DNA of 64,000 nt from Vicugna vicugna. Its lineage: Eukaryota. Position numbers and translations under genes: made by a program. This document shows positions 63,206 to 64,000 of the stretch, piece after piece. Position 1 is the stretch's first letter. Every line of letters begins with the position of its first letter. Where the stretch lies: assembly GCA_013265495.1 (NCBI GenBank), contig MU058645.1, forward strand, positions 970,995-1,034,994, given 5' to 3'. The notes below the pieces were generated by a model. It was not told the DNA's origin, did no database searches, and saw only the letters and a list, made by a program, of their open reading frames with translations.

Positions 63206-63303
63206 ACCACATACTTGAGGCTTGTCAGTAACAAGAATAACAATGACAAAACCTCCCGAACTGGTCACCAGGGAGCATTTGTGAAAGGACATGGATATTC
63301 AAA
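63206..63303 (+). other. Candidate internal exon (probably 5' UTR) of a plus-strand transcript from the 60 kb island
   Basis: Strong acceptor tttcctctttgctgtctccccAG| at 63204-63205; only a weak donor (AAA|GTGTGT at 63304). Confidence 0.3.
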
Positions 63304-63335
63304 GTGTGTCGGTTCCTCTCGGTTTCCGTGTTGTG

Positions 63336-63417
63336 TTTTTCAATGGCAGTACTGGGGATAGAACCCAGGACCTCATGCCTGCTAAGCACACACACTACCA
63401 CTGAGCTATATCTACCC
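63336..63417 (-). mobile_element. Camelid-type tRNA-derived SINE
   Basis: 'ggcagtactggggatagaacccaggacctcatgcctgctaagc...taccactgagctata'. Confidence 0.85.
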
Positions 63418-64000
63418 TGTCCTCTTGGTTCCTGATGCTAAACCATTTATCTATTTTATTACATGGCTTTACCATATTTGGGTAACCTAAGTTTGAAACA
63501 GTTTGGTTTTAGTGCATTTCAATATACAGAGAAATGGTTATTTTTGTTAATTGTATGTTATTGATTGTATTGAATCATATACTGATTCTTGCATCTGATT
63601 AACACCATTTTTCGAATCCAGTTAAGACTCGGAAAGTTGACTGCTGTGCTGATAACTCATCAGCGTAACAGAACAAGACAGACGCAATTCCTGATGGGGT
63701 ACTTTCTAGTGTCTTTCATCTAATATTTGCTTTTTAAAGCCGTTGGTATACGATTTGGTACTACAGTCCTTTTCTGACATAAAGCCCGACAGCGTTCCCC
63801 CGGCATTTCTGCCCTTTAACGTCATTACAGCAATTCTACAAAGAGTTCCTACTCTTAAGAAATTTTCATAGGGAAGGCAGGTGGTGATTCAGACTGCAAA
63901 GGAGAGGCAGGGCAGCCTATTGTGCGCAGACACCTTGGGGCTCTCAGGGAGGTCGCCCATTTGACACTAGTTGACGCTATTACCAGATTCTCAGCCAGCA

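Overview
Mammalian (eukaryotic) genomic DNA, most likely a camelid: six short tRNA-Ala-like SINEs match the camelid Vic-1/ALPINE type as I remember it. The window is mostly intronic/intergenic. It is dense in L1, L2, MIR, MLT1/ERV LTRs and MER DNA-transposon fossils, and has six 131-190 nt N gaps, all inside L1 copies. I could not recognise any named protein-coding gene. The only clear protein homology is to broken L1 ORF2 (51.7-52.8 kb); the other long ORFs look like GC-rich, low-complexity or repeat artefacts. Several CpG-rich promoter-like patches (~12.4, 17, 32.5, 39.9, 55.7, 56.8, 60 kb) and splice signals suggest the 5' end of a minus-strand gene running off the left edge (candidate 10-nt start exon plus 27-nt microexon) and a probably bidirectional promoter at ~60 kb. 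The most unusual sequence-level signals are: an inverted MLT1 pair that is ~90% identical (possible gene conversion or dsRNA stem), a KLF/SP-box minisatellite with higher-order structure, a tandem CACGTG E-box with a 6-bp spacer, and an RE1 site with one half flipped. No prokaryote-type system (CRISPR, operon) is present. Repeat subfamily names and most repeat boundaries are approximate, assigned from remembered consensus sequences.
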